From Paragordius varius (taxonomy: Eukaryota; Animalia; Nematomorpha), in the NCBI GenBank assembly GCA_964247055.1, contig OZ176056.1, forward strand, positions 9,517,001 through 9,550,000: 33,000 nt of DNA, written 5' to 3'. Positions 10,024 through 21,862 of this stretch are shown here, one piece after another. Every line of letters starts with the position of its first letter. Within the stretch, counting starts at the first letter, position 1. Both the position numbers and the translations under genes were made by a program. The notes beneath the pieces are model-generated. The model made no database searches. It was not told where the DNA came from and was given only the letters and a program-made list of their open reading frames with translations.

Positions 10024-11394
10024 CAGTGGCGGAACTCTAAATACTGCCCCCCCCCCCCCCCCCCCCCCTTCTCCCCCAAAAAAATCAATTATCTTTTCAT
10101 CTGGCGCCTCACTTAGATTCATAAATAAATATTATATTTAAAAATAATAATATTACATGACTTGGCATCCTCTAAAAGTTCTCGTATTTTTATATATGAT
10201 GGTTAGTAACCACCCACCCACCCTAACACCGCCAATTCCTCAATCTTAATTAAGGTACTGAAAATAAAAATTCGTCAACATGACAAGTGTGCATTAGCTG
10301 AATTTAATAATAATACATAATAAACTACTTTTTATATTTCCACCAATGTTAGAAGTGATTTAAATAAAATATAAGCTTTAATTTTAGTTATAAAATTAAA
10401 TAAACACCATATTTTCCAAAAATGTTAAATGGTGTCGAAGTAGTTTGATATGGAACTTTTTTAGATATTTCGACATATTAATACATATTAAGATAGCGGA
10501 ATAATTTTAAATTGGAACCGTTCCTTCAGTATTTTTTAAATATCAATTTAAATTAGTCTGAAATATTTAGATACCCCAATTTGAATCGAAGTGTTACTGC
10601 CAGAAATTGATAAAGGAACAGACAATATCATTATGGCTAAAATTTGGATAGTGAAAAAATGCATTTTTTGCTCTTTCTTCCTTTAACTCACTAATATTAA
10701 ATTTACATGCACTTTACATGCACCCATTCCTCATAAAAATTAAAATATGGTCTTTCGCATTACATTAAAAAACAAATTTTTTACGCTATATGAATTATAT
10801 TATTGCAAATTAAATTTTATTTCTCACAATTTTGGGAATTCTCATAAAACTGTAATATTATAAATTTTTATAACAAAATAATTATGGACTTGAAAATTTA
10901 TAAGCTTAACTTATTTTTTGGTGTCAACGATCTATAATCATTTATTTATTTTTATATTCCCTTTTTTAGGATGTTAACTGGAGTTAATTTAAAGTTATTT
11001 ATTAATTATGGTGAAAGCGATACTGAAAATATATCCAAAAAGTCGTTTACGACTTAGGAATAACCAACCAATAAAACCGTTTATTGCGATAGTGGAAAAA
11101 TGCAGTTTTTTGCTTTTTCTTCCTTTCAATCAATAATAATTCTCTTTTTTAGAATGATATGATGCAATATCAGCAAATTAATACTGATTCAGCCTAATCC
11201 ATAATTCTCTTTTTTATTTGCCGTTATATTTACAATAAGGCATTCACTTACATATCTGTAAATAAAAAAAGGTATTAAATTTTGCCCCCCCCCCCCTCTG
11301 CAAATGAAATGGGGCCCAAATTTAATATAAATAATAAGGAAGGGCCCCTGTTTTTGGATACCCCCGCACCTATCTTCCTGTAGTTTCGCCACTG
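10024..11394. mobile_element. hAT-type non-autonomous element (1371 bp) with 8-bp TSD and subterminal poly-C tracts
   Basis: TIRs are CAGTGGCGGAAC and GTTTCGCCACTG. Flanks CTGGTGTC (10016-10023) and CTGGTTTC (11395-11402) match at 7/8. There is a C22 run at 10047-10068 and a further C run near 11285. No transposase ORF. Confidence 0.8.
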
Positions 11395-11566
11395 CTGGTT
11401 TCGCTGAGACGCAGTTTCACTGATAATTTATTTAATAATTTGCAATAATAGAGGTAATGGAGATAAAATAATGAAAATTAAATAAAAAAATCTCTCAAAT
11501 TATTCTTTTACGGGTTTTTGCATAGGCCTAAACATTGTTTACTCTAAATTGACCATATTTAATCTG

Positions 11567-11714
11567 TCCCTTATGAAAGTTAATATTCAACTATCATTGG
11601 ATGTAATTTGAGATTTTACGAAATTATGGTTAAAAGTTTTATTTAAAATTGTGTTCACATTGCTGGTATCAAGCTCTCCCTTATGAAAGTAAATATTCAA
11701 CTATCATTGGATGT
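11567..11714 (+). repeat. 38-bp direct repeat pair (11567-11604, 11677-11714)
   Basis: tcccttatgaaagt(t/a)aatattcaactatcattggatgt occurs twice. Confidence 0.85.
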
Positions 11715-11974
11715 TTTTTTTGGGTAGCCCTTTGGTAGTTCCATCATCACCCCAAATATTTATGAGATCGGAATATAAATGTATTTTTTATGAATTTTAT
11801 AAATATTGACAAAATTTATACAATTTTAAAAATAAAAATGGCTACCTAAAATCCAAATTTGATCAGGTGATGTCGCCATAATTTTTTTGGGTAGCCCTTT
11901 GGTAGTTCCATCATCACCCCAAATATTTTTGAGATCGGACTATAAATGTTATTTTTATGAATTTTATAAATATT
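11714..11974 (+). repeat. About 93-bp direct repeat pair (11714-11807, 11882-11974)
   Basis: ttttttgggtagccctttggtagttccatcatcaccccaaatatt...gagatcgga...tgaattttataaatatt occurs twice and is nearly identical. Confidence 0.9.
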
Positions 11975-12467
11975 TTTTATTAAAAAAAGTATTGTATCTT
12001 AATTAATGTTTAATCAAAAATGGTAATTTTAAAGTCGGTGAATATCAAATGCTATGTTATAGTTTTAAAGCTCCTTAAATAATCCATAGTAAACATTTAG
12101 CCGACTAGAATTCATAGGGATATTAACTATCAATATTTTAGTGTCTTCCGTTTTTTTGTCCGTATAAAAAAAATTTGTCCATATAAAAAACAGTTCGAAT
12201 ATTAAATATTTTAATCTTTTGATTTTAACACTCTGTCTCTTATAAAAAAAATTATGTCCGTTAGTTAAAAAATTCGTACGGATAATTACATATTTTACTG
12301 TAATTTTACTGTAATAATATAAAAAACATGCAATAAAGTCAAATTAATGATTTTAAGCGTTAAAAAACAGTAAGCATCCCTCAATTCTCTTATGCCCAAT
12401 ATGTACTTCATATATATAATTTTTACCCCTTAAACGACTGTTATTACACAATTGCCTTTTTGCGAAT

Positions 12468-15400
12468 ATGTGCAAATATTTGATCTTCATTAATATAATT
12501 GCCACTGTTTGCTTGCTTATCGAAATAATGGCCAAGGTCAAACCTATTGAAAACTCCATTTTATCTGCTAGTTACGGGTTATAGAGATTTCGTAATATAA
12601 AAAATTTCGAAATAAGGTTATCGTATATCAATAAAGCACTTGAAACGTGACTGGCTGATATATTTATTTAGTGTTTTCTAATTATAACACATTAATTAGC
12701 GTTTCTGATGAAATTTTTTTGTATAAGTAGGAGCACACACTATCTAAAACAAGCTTTTTGCATCATTTTGTTTTTTATTGAAGAAATTGTATAAAAGATC
12801 GTCAAATTTTAAATTTATACAAAAATTGATTTTAAATTTTCTGGCATATTACAATGAGAAACCAATTTTTAATGAATCTATTGCCAATCGTTTGTATACT
12901 ATTTTGCACCATTCAAGGTAAATTGCATAAAATTATAATCAAAAATTTTTATTATTTATGAAAAGAAATTTCAATAATAGAATAACTCTAGTCTTGTAGA
13001 TTGATATATATTAGACTTAACATTTTATACCATTTTGAATAACCCGCGCAATATAAATATATAAAATGCCCAATTTAACTTAATATATATTTGATATTCT
13101 GCCAATGTCTATACTTTCAAAAAGCAAAAAATCCAAATATATTCTCAAATAAAAATATTAAGAAGAATTTTATTTTTCCAAACATCCGTATAGATTAGTC
13201 CACCTCGAAAAATACAGTAAAAACTGAAATTCTAGGGACAAAACGTAAAAATGAAGGCAATTTTTTCTAAAAGAGATCAAATCTATATTAATCCTATTAT
13301 AATACTTAATAACAAACCTAAAATATATAATTGATTATGTTACCATTATACATCTCTATTTTATACTTTGAAAATAAAAAACAATGAGTTAAATTTAAAT
13401 TAATCTCAAGATGTAAAAAGTATGTTTGTCTCTTACTTAAATAATTGTCTTTATTTGTCCGTATAATTTTAATTTTTACTGTAATTATGTATATTTTTTT
13501 AAAAAAGACATTGATATTAATTCTTAAAACTTAATTTTCTCAACTACTTCTTTAGATGTTTATTCCGATTGTGGAAATCAATTTGCTAGAATCAATTCAC
13601 CAAATTGTAGTGTTTTGTCTCAACGTATAGTTCATGGAAATAATGCTGATATAAAGGCTTGGCCTTGGCAGGTAAATTAATAATAATTAAAATAAATGTG
13701 GAAAACATAAAATATAAAGTGTAGTTTTATCAAAATATAACCCCTTTCCATTTTCATAAACTTGCTTCATGGGAGGTGAAAAGTCCTAAATTGTTTTATC
13801 TTAAAATAAAATTAGTTTTTAAGATGACAGCTCTTTAGGAAAATTACAGTAAAAACTGAAATTAAACTATGGACAAAATGTAAAAATATAAAGACAATTG
13901 TTTTTTTTAACAGACACTCATACTTTTAAAACCTTAATTTTTTTGAATATAACTCATTGTTTTTAACTACAAAATATAATATAGAAATGTCAATTGGTAA
14001 CACACATTTAATTGTGTATTTTAAAATTGTAATTAAATGTTTCATACATTAATGAAGTTTTAAAAAGGTATGGTTGTATTTTGTAGAATTTGTCTTTATA
14101 TTTTTATATTTTGTCCGTATAATTTTAATTTATACTGTATATTCGTGATATTATTAATTTAAACCATGGTCGAGCTCCATTGAATAAATACATGAACATT
14201 AATATATATTTTATTTCAAACTTGAAACTGTAATAAAAATTCAATCATAAAACTATTTATTCACCGTTTTCGCAAGTTCATTGTAAAAATTTGGATAAAC
14301 TTATTCAGAAACTGTTATTAAATATTAATTCTACAAAGATTTATTATATTGATAACAAAATTTTTGTGATTTAAGAAATATCCTATTTATTTAATACATT
14401 AAAAACTGAAATTATACGGACAAAACATAAAAATATAAAGAAATATTTTTTTTCAAAAGGCAACCATACTTTTTAAAACTTTAATTTTAAATATAAAATA
14501 TTTAATTACATTCTTAAACTACATATTTGATTGTGCTCACAATTTACATTTCTATTTTATATTTTGCAGATAAAAACATTCAGTTATATTTAAAAAATTA
14601 TGATTTAAAAGTATGATTGTCTTTTGGAAAAAAATATTTGCCTTTTTATTTTTACCTTTTGTCCATAGTATAATTTAAATTGTTACTGTAATTTTTAATT
14701 TTTTTGTGGGCCGCACAAAGAGTAACAGAGCTAACTCATATTTATACGATATATTTACATATTTTTACAGTAAAATTGAAATTATACGGACAAAAAGTAA
14801 AAATATAAAGACAAATATTTTTTTCCAAAAGACAACCATACTTTTTGAATTTTACTTTATTTAATGATAATTATTATTTCAAACATTAAAATGATAAAAC
14901 AAGCAATTTATGTATTGTACGATTGTATTTAAATTATTTTAATAAGGATAAATAAGTTTTGAAAAACTATCATTGTCTTTTAGAACAAAAAAATTGTCTT
15001 TATATTTTTACGTTTTGTCCGTAGTATAATTTCAATTTTTACTTTATTTATTTAGCTTTTCCTCAAAATTGAACGCAAACAGGATTGTGGCGCTGTATTA
15101 ATTAACCAACGATTTGCTCTCACAGCTGCTCATTGCGTTTGGGGAAAGTTTATTCCCAATTATTTTTTCTTTTTGTTTTATGAAAACTTTATTTCAGAGA
15201 ATTTTCATTTATTAACACTCTTATATTATGTGAGTTGTGATTAAGTTAATAAAAAGATTATACGAACAAAGCGTAAAAATATCAATAAAAATATTTTCTA
15301 AAATATCACCATACTTTTTAAACGTCTAAAATATAATTCTTTACTTTATTTAATATTGAATGTGAGAAGAAGATGTATATATAAAAATCTATAATACTAA

Positions 15401-18400
15401 AACAATCAATTTAATATTTTATCATCGTTATTGAATAGCTTACGTAGAAGTTAAGGTTTGAAAAAGTATGGTTGTCTATTGGAAGAAATTGTCTTTAGAT
15501 TTTTACGTTTTGTCCGTATATTTCAATTTTTACCGAATTATAAAGATTAAAATTCGATATGTTTTAAAACTAAAAATAAGGTTCTTTGTTCAGTTTTAAT
15601 TTATAATAAAATATCCTAACTACAAAGTCCATACAATTAACTGAAATTCAATGCTTTTGTGCAAATAACGCAATTTTTATAATTTCATATCTGTCTATTG
15701 GGCTGCTTATATAACAACTACTTGTTTCCGCCTATTCTCTTGAATGCCTATTTTTTAACTCTTTTGTTTAAAAATTTTTTAGTGCACACTATATCGATTT
15801 TATGTAGCATACCTAATCGCTTTTAATTAAACAGCTAAAATTTGTTTATATATTTAATCAAATGATAATTTTTATAAAACGGAAGAATACCATTATTCGG
15901 AATTATTTTAATTAAATTACGGTATAAACAATATTAAGCGTCTATTGAATATACTGAAAATAAATATACGGACAAAGCGTAAAAATATAAAGACAATTAT
16001 TTTTTTCTAAAAGACAACCATACTTTTTTAAACTATAATTTTCCACATTAAGCTATTTAGTTACAATAATATAGAATTGATTGTTAGTTGAATATATATT
16101 TCTATTTAACACTTAATTAAAACAATGAGTTATATTAAAATATATCATCATTTAAAAAGTATGGTTTTTTAGAAAAAACATGTCTTTATATTTTAACCTT
16201 TGGTCCGTATAATTTCAGTTTTTCCCGTAATTAAAATAAATTTTATGGTTAAACTTTAATATTCATACAGAGTTTATAATAAGCAATATTATTTTTAGAG
16301 CGAAAAACACAATAGAAGTTTATGGACATGTGAACAATCTATTTATGGCAGTTTATATGAATGACCCTACAGCTTGGCGTTCCGGAGTCAAGAACGTTCA
16401 TATCAAAGATTTTATGTAATATTGCGAAATTTTTACTCTATTGATTTTTTATGAAACCGCCCCTTTCGAATGGGTTATTATAAATTTTATCATGTTGTAA
16501 ATCTAATTAATTTAAGATGGTTTAATAGTTTTATAGTAAAAATTAGAGTTATACCGACAAAGTGTAAAAATATAAAGAAAATATTTTTTAAGAGGCAACC
16601 ATATTTTTAAACCTTGATTTTTCTAAATAAAACTGATTGTTTTAAACTAATTGAAATGTATTTTTGGTAGCACAATCAATTATGTAGTTTACGATTGTGA
16701 TTAAATATTTTATATATCAAAAATTAAGGTTTTAAAAATATGGTTGTCTTATGAAAAAAAATATTTGTCTTTATATTTTTACGTTTTGTCCGTATAGTTT
16801 TGACTGTATTTATCCATTTAATCATTTACAGAAGGAATATGGTTTTATTATTTGTAGATAATACCTTTTAAATACATCATTAATAAACATCATTTTTAAA
16901 TTATTATAGGAAAATTTGACTAGGACAAAACCTAAAAATATAAAAACCATTTTTTTTAAAGACAACCATACTTTTTGAATTTTAATTTTTATAATGATAA
17001 CTTATTGTTTCAAACTATAAAATAGAAAATAAAGATTTAAATTAATAAAACAACAATCTATGTATTATACGATTTTACTTAAATACTTTTAGTATAAATT
17101 AAGGTCAAAAAAGCATCATTGTCTTTAATTTGTCTTTAATTTTTACATTTTGTCCGTATAATAATTTTTACTGTAAGTATAAATGGTTTAATTGCATATG
17201 TAAATAATGGGTGGGGTGATTAAAAAGTCGCACTTGACTTGTAAGTCAAGCGTGGCAAGTTGAGCAAGTTTACTTAAGCCAGCAAGTGTACAATTGAAGA
17301 TCGGTGATACAAAAACACTTAAGTCAAGTCTTTTGCTTATGAATGTAACATTTTTGGCCACCCAATTCGAATTTTACAAAAATTATTTTGATCATTTTCA
17401 GACAAAATTTATGAAATAAGGCACAAAAAGATATACAATTAACACAATATGCAATCATTGACGTTTTTTAAACTCACTGGCAAGTTATTTATTTGATATT
17501 ATAGAATTTTTTAAATATTGAGCCTGGGTAATAATTTTTAGATTGATGAAACCATTCGCCCTTAAAACACTTCCAATTTCTTTATCGCATTACATTTTGT
17601 TTGGAGTCCATTTGCAAAATGGGAAGATGTTTATACAATATAATATAATTATTTTTAATTGATTGCAAATATTACATTCGAAATAAATTCTCTACATTGG
17701 TTAATAGTGAAGTAACCTTATAAACGAAGTTTAGAAATTTTGCAAGATTAATATTTAATTATTAATTTTAAGAAATTTTCGAAAATCCATTTTTTCGCTG
17801 TCACGGAATTCATATATTTAGCATATTTTTGTATGCCATGTTATTAAATATTAGCAGAGTTTTTTTTTAAATTTATTCTCTTTTGTATCCACCCAATGAA
17901 AAGATTAATTAGCCAAAATTTATCAAATTAATAATTTATAGCATTAAAGGTTTGAATTACATATAAAGCCTAAATTTTATACATAAATAGTTTCCAAAAT
18001 TTTATCAATATTTTTAAATCTGTCAAGTGTGCCCTACACCGCATTTGCAAAATCTTTAAGTGTTACTTAACATATGATTTTTTATCACCTCCTTATCAAG
18101 TTTTCTTGCTTCACTTAAGTCGTGTAATGTTAAATTTTTTTTATCACATGAAAGCAAGCCATGACTTGAAAAACTTGCAAGTCAAGTCAAAAAAATTTTT
18201 TATTACCCGACCCATTGTATAAACATCTTCTCATCACAAATGGAATCCTAACAGAATGAGTAAATAGAAAAGATTTATGGGCGAATGGCTTCATCCTAAA
18301 AATTATTACCGGGCTTAATATTTAGAAAATCTATAATATTAAATAAGATACGTACCAGTGAGTTTGAGAAACTTCAATAAATGCATATTGTATTAAATGT

Positions 18401-21143
18401 TTATCTTTTTGTGCCTTATTTCATAAATTTTGGCTGAAAATGATCAAAATAATTTCCGTAAAATTCGAATTGGGTGGCAAACGAATGTTACATTCATAAG
18501 CAAAAGACTTGACTTAAGTGTTTTTGTATCACCGATCTTCAATTGTACACTTGCTGGCTTAAGTAAACTTGCTCAACTTGCCACGCTTGATTCACAAGTC
18601 AAGTGCGACTTTTTTATCACCCCACCCAATGATTGTTTAAATTATGACAGACATCAAGTTTTGGGTTTTAGACTCAATTTTATAACAATTGATAATTTTT
18701 TTATTACTTTATTATTGGCAGTGTTTATTAAAACGTGACTAACCGCATTTAATGCAGTCCTTCACAGTCTTAAGCAGTCATTAAGCGATAATTTCTAAGA
18801 GAATTTTAAGAAAATATGCTTAATAATAAATAAAATATGCAATTCGTAAACTTCAAGAATATTTTTATTTATACAAATATATGTTGTCACATATAAACAG
18901 ATTAGATACAGTAATATCGCTTTAAGTATTGTTATTAATCTTAATTTAGGGTCAACATAATTACAATCAAAAATATAATTCAATTAATTCAGACTGATTA
19001 TTTTTAGATAATTCATCTTACAGTAAAATTTGAAATGTTGTGACAAAACGTATATAAGGGAAATATTTTTTTTAAAAAACCGCTATGTTATAACTTAAAT
19101 TTAAAACTCATTGTTTCCAACTGTAAAGCATAAAATATACCGGTATATTGGTAAAACTATCAATTATATATTTTAGAATCGTAATTCATGAATTTTATAG
19201 AAAAACAAAGATTTAAAAAGTATGGTGGTCACTAAAAAAGTTTTGTCCCTATATTTTTACGTCTTTATAATTTTTACTGTTTAGGCCAGCCCATGCTCCA
19301 ATAAATGATATCGCTATTCTTGAATTAACAGAAAAAGCTCCTTTAGATAATTTTATAAACCTAGTCTGTTTACCAGAAACGAATACTCCAATAGCTTCTA
19401 CTGGACAAGATTGTTATGCAACTGGATGGGGTTATACTGAATTCAAAGAAAGTACCATTAAAACTTTTTTGCACATTTTTTTTAATTTTTTCAAGCCATG
19501 TTTTAATTTAGGGGTGTCCAACATGCGGCCTTTCAAAATATTTCCGTAGTCGGCGAGAAATTTCAAATACAAAATTTACACAAAAAAGTTAATTTGATTT
19601 TTTTAATAAACTTTCTGAATGCTTCATTCCGAACGGCAATGAACTAGCAAAAAATGTTAATATAAATGGTATATTTAGAGTCTTATGTACAATAAATATT
19701 TGAATGCTACCCCCTAGTTTTTTTGATTTTAAAATGCGGCCTGCAAACCCATGTGTGTGGGACACCCTGTTTAAATATATTGATAGAGCAAATGAAATAG
19801 TAGAGTCTTAAAAAAGATATGGAAATGTTTCCATGTTCGGCCAAATCAGAAAATCACTTTTTTACCACATTAGGTGAAAATTAGTGATATTAAATACTTT
19901 TTGAATTACCCAAATTTATGTATTTCTATGGCAATATAGATTTTTTCATTTTTTTCACTTATAGATATGTTAGTTTGATTATTATTATAATTGCGATGGG
20001 ATATATTTATATTCTAGATTATAACATAATGTCCTTTATTAGATTCTTTTAATAATATGATTTGAGATTAAATGATGACGTAGTTGATTGAATTGAATAT
20101 CCATTAGATTTTATGGAAATGATATAGTTTCAAATATGGATGTTTATCAAGCTAATCTGTTTCATTATTTCAAACCTTCAATTTATAATTTTTTAGAAGG
20201 CAAAACCCCCGATAAAATGCAAGAAGTGTGCCTCCCTTTTGTTTCAAACGAAGATTGCAAAACGAAATATGAGGGAACTTCCGTGAAAGTAACGAATCAA
20301 GTTTGCGCTGGAGTTGAAGATGGCACGCGAAACATTTGTCATGTAATACAAAACATTTTATGAATTTTCAAACAGTACACAATTTTTAATTATAAAAATT
20401 ATATATTATATGATCATTATCTGATTGATAAGTATCTTAGCAAATGCTATTAGAATATTATTTTAGGGTCAATAGGCGGGATGTACAGTAAAAATTAAAA
20501 TTATACGTACAAAATGTAAAAATATAAAGACAATGATACTTTTTGAATCTTGATTTTTTTCAATATATCTGATTGTTTTAACCTGAAAAATATAAAATAG
20601 AAATGAGAATTGTTAGCACAATCAATCACGTAGTTGACGATTGTAAAATATTTTATGTAACAAAAATTAAGGTTTTAAGAAAGTTTCTTTTGTAACAAAA
20701 TATTTGTCTTTATATTTTTAAGTTTTGTCCGTATAATTTCATTTTTTACTGTAAATTAATCTTATTGTTTATAAAAAGTCGTCTATTAAATTAAAGATTG
20801 ATTTTTGAATCATGTTTACAACATTTAGCATGATTTCTGGTAACCTATTTATACTAATAAACACATTCAGGAAATTTTATATAATTTAAGATATAGATAA
20901 ATTTGTAAAAACAATTTTATTTTCAATTTTAAGGTAACTTTAAACATTAATTTTTATTGCGCGATGTTTTAGGGAGATTCTGGAGGTCCATTGGTGTGTC
21001 GAAATCATGTGAGCGGGAAATGGCATTTGTATGGACTAACGAGTTATAATATGGCTGGAAATTGCTTCAGTCCAAAGCATCCTCCTATCTTCGCCTCAGT
21101 CAAAGAATATATGCCATGGATTCAATCCATTGTCAAATCATAA
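12468..21143 (+). CDS. S1A (trypsin/chymotrypsin-fold) serine protease preproenzyme, 303 aa, 7 exons
   Basis: Exons: 12468-12570, 13556-13671, 15056-15147, 16299-16415, 19285-19451, 20197-20342, 20973-21143 (912 nt; phases 1,0,2,2,1,0). Motifs: signal peptide MCKYLIFINIIATVCLLIEIMA, activation site SQR|IVHG, AWPWQ, LTAAHC (His57), NDIAIL (Asp102), CYATGWG, CHGDSGGPLVC (Ser195), C-terminal YMPWIQSIVKS*. Exon 1 is the least certain (weak donor gttacg). Confidence 0.93.
13215..13481. mobile_element. pogo/Tc1-type MITE copy 1 (protease intron 1)
   Basis: TA|CAGTAAAAACTGAAATT...AATTTTTACTG|TA; the long TIR contains GGACAAAACGTAAAAAT. Confidence 0.85.
13847..14137. mobile_element. MITE copy 2 (intron 2)
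   Basis: TA|CAGT...ACTG|TA with about 80-bp TIRs. Confidence 0.9.
14397..14688. mobile_element. MITE copy 3 (intron 2)
   Basis: TA|CATT...ACTG|TA, same TIR family. Confidence 0.85.
14768..15044. mobile_element. MITE copy 4 (intron 2; ends 11 nt before exon 3)
   Basis: TA|CAGTAAAATTGAAATTATACGGACAAAA...TTTTGTCCGTAGTATAATTTCAATTTTTACTT|TA. Confidence 0.9.
15244..15535. mobile_element. MITE copy 5 (intron 3; degenerate left end)
   Basis: TIR cores ttatacgaacaaagcgtaaaaat / atttttacgttttgtccgtata; ends approximate. Confidence 0.75.
15950..16227. mobile_element. MITE copy 6 (intron 3)
   Basis: TIR cores tatacggacaaagcgtaaaaatataaagacaa / tgtctttatattttaacctttggtccgtataatttcag; left end approximate. 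Confidence 0.8.
16534..16806. mobile_element. MITE copy 7 (intron 4)
   Basis: TA|TAGTAAAAATT...GACTG|TA, family TIRs. Confidence 0.85.
16907..17173. mobile_element. MITE copy 8 (intron 4)
   Basis: ggacaaaacctaaaaatataaa...ttttgtccgtataataatttttactg|TA. Confidence 0.85.
17209..18627. mobile_element. About 1.42-kb foldback element with about 420-430-bp inverted arms in protease intron 4
   Basis: 17209-17639 is the reverse complement of 18214-18627. The outer about 220 bp are nearly identical and the inner part is more diverged. Termini are GGGTGGGGTGAT / ATCACCCCACCC, with AAT on both flanks as a candidate 3-bp TSD (PIF/Harbinger- or Zator-like, unresolved). Confidence 0.9.
19021..19279. mobile_element. 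MITE copy 9 (intron 4; ends 5 nt before exon 5)
   Basis: TA|CAGTAAAATTTGAAAT...ataatttttactg|tttag|G. Confidence 0.75.
19509..19769. mobile_element. hAT-type MITE (261 bp) in protease intron 5
   Basis: TIRs TAGGGGTGTCCAAC / GTGGGACACCCTG with subterminal ATGCGGCC motifs. Flanks ttttaatt / tttaaata match at 6/8. Confidence 0.7.
20486..20751. mobile_element. MITE copy 10 (intron 6)
   Basis: TA|CAGTAAAAATTAAAATTATACG...TTTTGTCCGTATAATTTCATTTTTTACTG|TA. Confidence 0.9.
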
Positions 21144-21862
21144 AACTGAAAATGTTTAAAATGCCTTTTAGGAAAAATTTGATCAATTTTGGGATTTAAT
21201 ATAAAACAATAATTACATTAACATGAACTTGGAATATTGATCTTTTTACTTACTATTATTTAATATGTAGAATAAATAATTTATAAAAATTTAGTTGAAT
21301 TATGCATTTGGAAACATATTTATTTATGAAAGAATTTAAAATAATTTGTAATCGACAAAAAACACTAGAGATTTTCGTGTAATTAATTATAGTCATACGT
21401 AGGTACATCTACCATTAATTAACTGGCCTGTAATTACTTGAAATATCCTGGATAGAGAGAAACTCTAATATTCTATAAAACGAAAAGTTTCATTACAACA
21501 TACTATACAAAAAGTAATTAAATAAATGGTTCTTTTAAAAAGTCATTTAAACATTTTTTACCTTTATATTTTGTTCATAAACTATATAAAAAAATTGTAA
21601 AATTTGGGGTGGTATTAAAAATAATCGTTATCTTTTAGGAAAATAATTTGTCTTTTACCTCTAACGTTGTCTGTTCATATTAATTAATATGTTATTTATA
21701 AACTAAATCACATTGAACAGCTAACTAAAAGGAGTGAATTAATAAGGATACCCATTTTATATATTATTCCATAGGTGGAACCTTCAAGAAAAAGTAATGT
21801 GCAAAACAATATTATTATACATAGTATCAAGGTAAGCTATGACCGAAGATAGAAAATAACTG

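Noticed and set aside
10970-11010. Exon-like segment (strong acceptor, MLTGVNLKLFINY+G, donor gtgaaa) that would splice in phase to protease exon 2
   Set aside because: It lies inside the hAT element and is not a convincing signal peptide. The segment 12468-12570 gives a proper signal peptide in the same phase.
12353-12559. Minus-strand 68-aa ORF
   Set aside because: Antisense to the protease signal-peptide exon.
18430-18738. 102-aa ORF from the track
   Set aside because: It runs through the right arm of the 17209-18627 foldback within an intron and has no recognisable motif.
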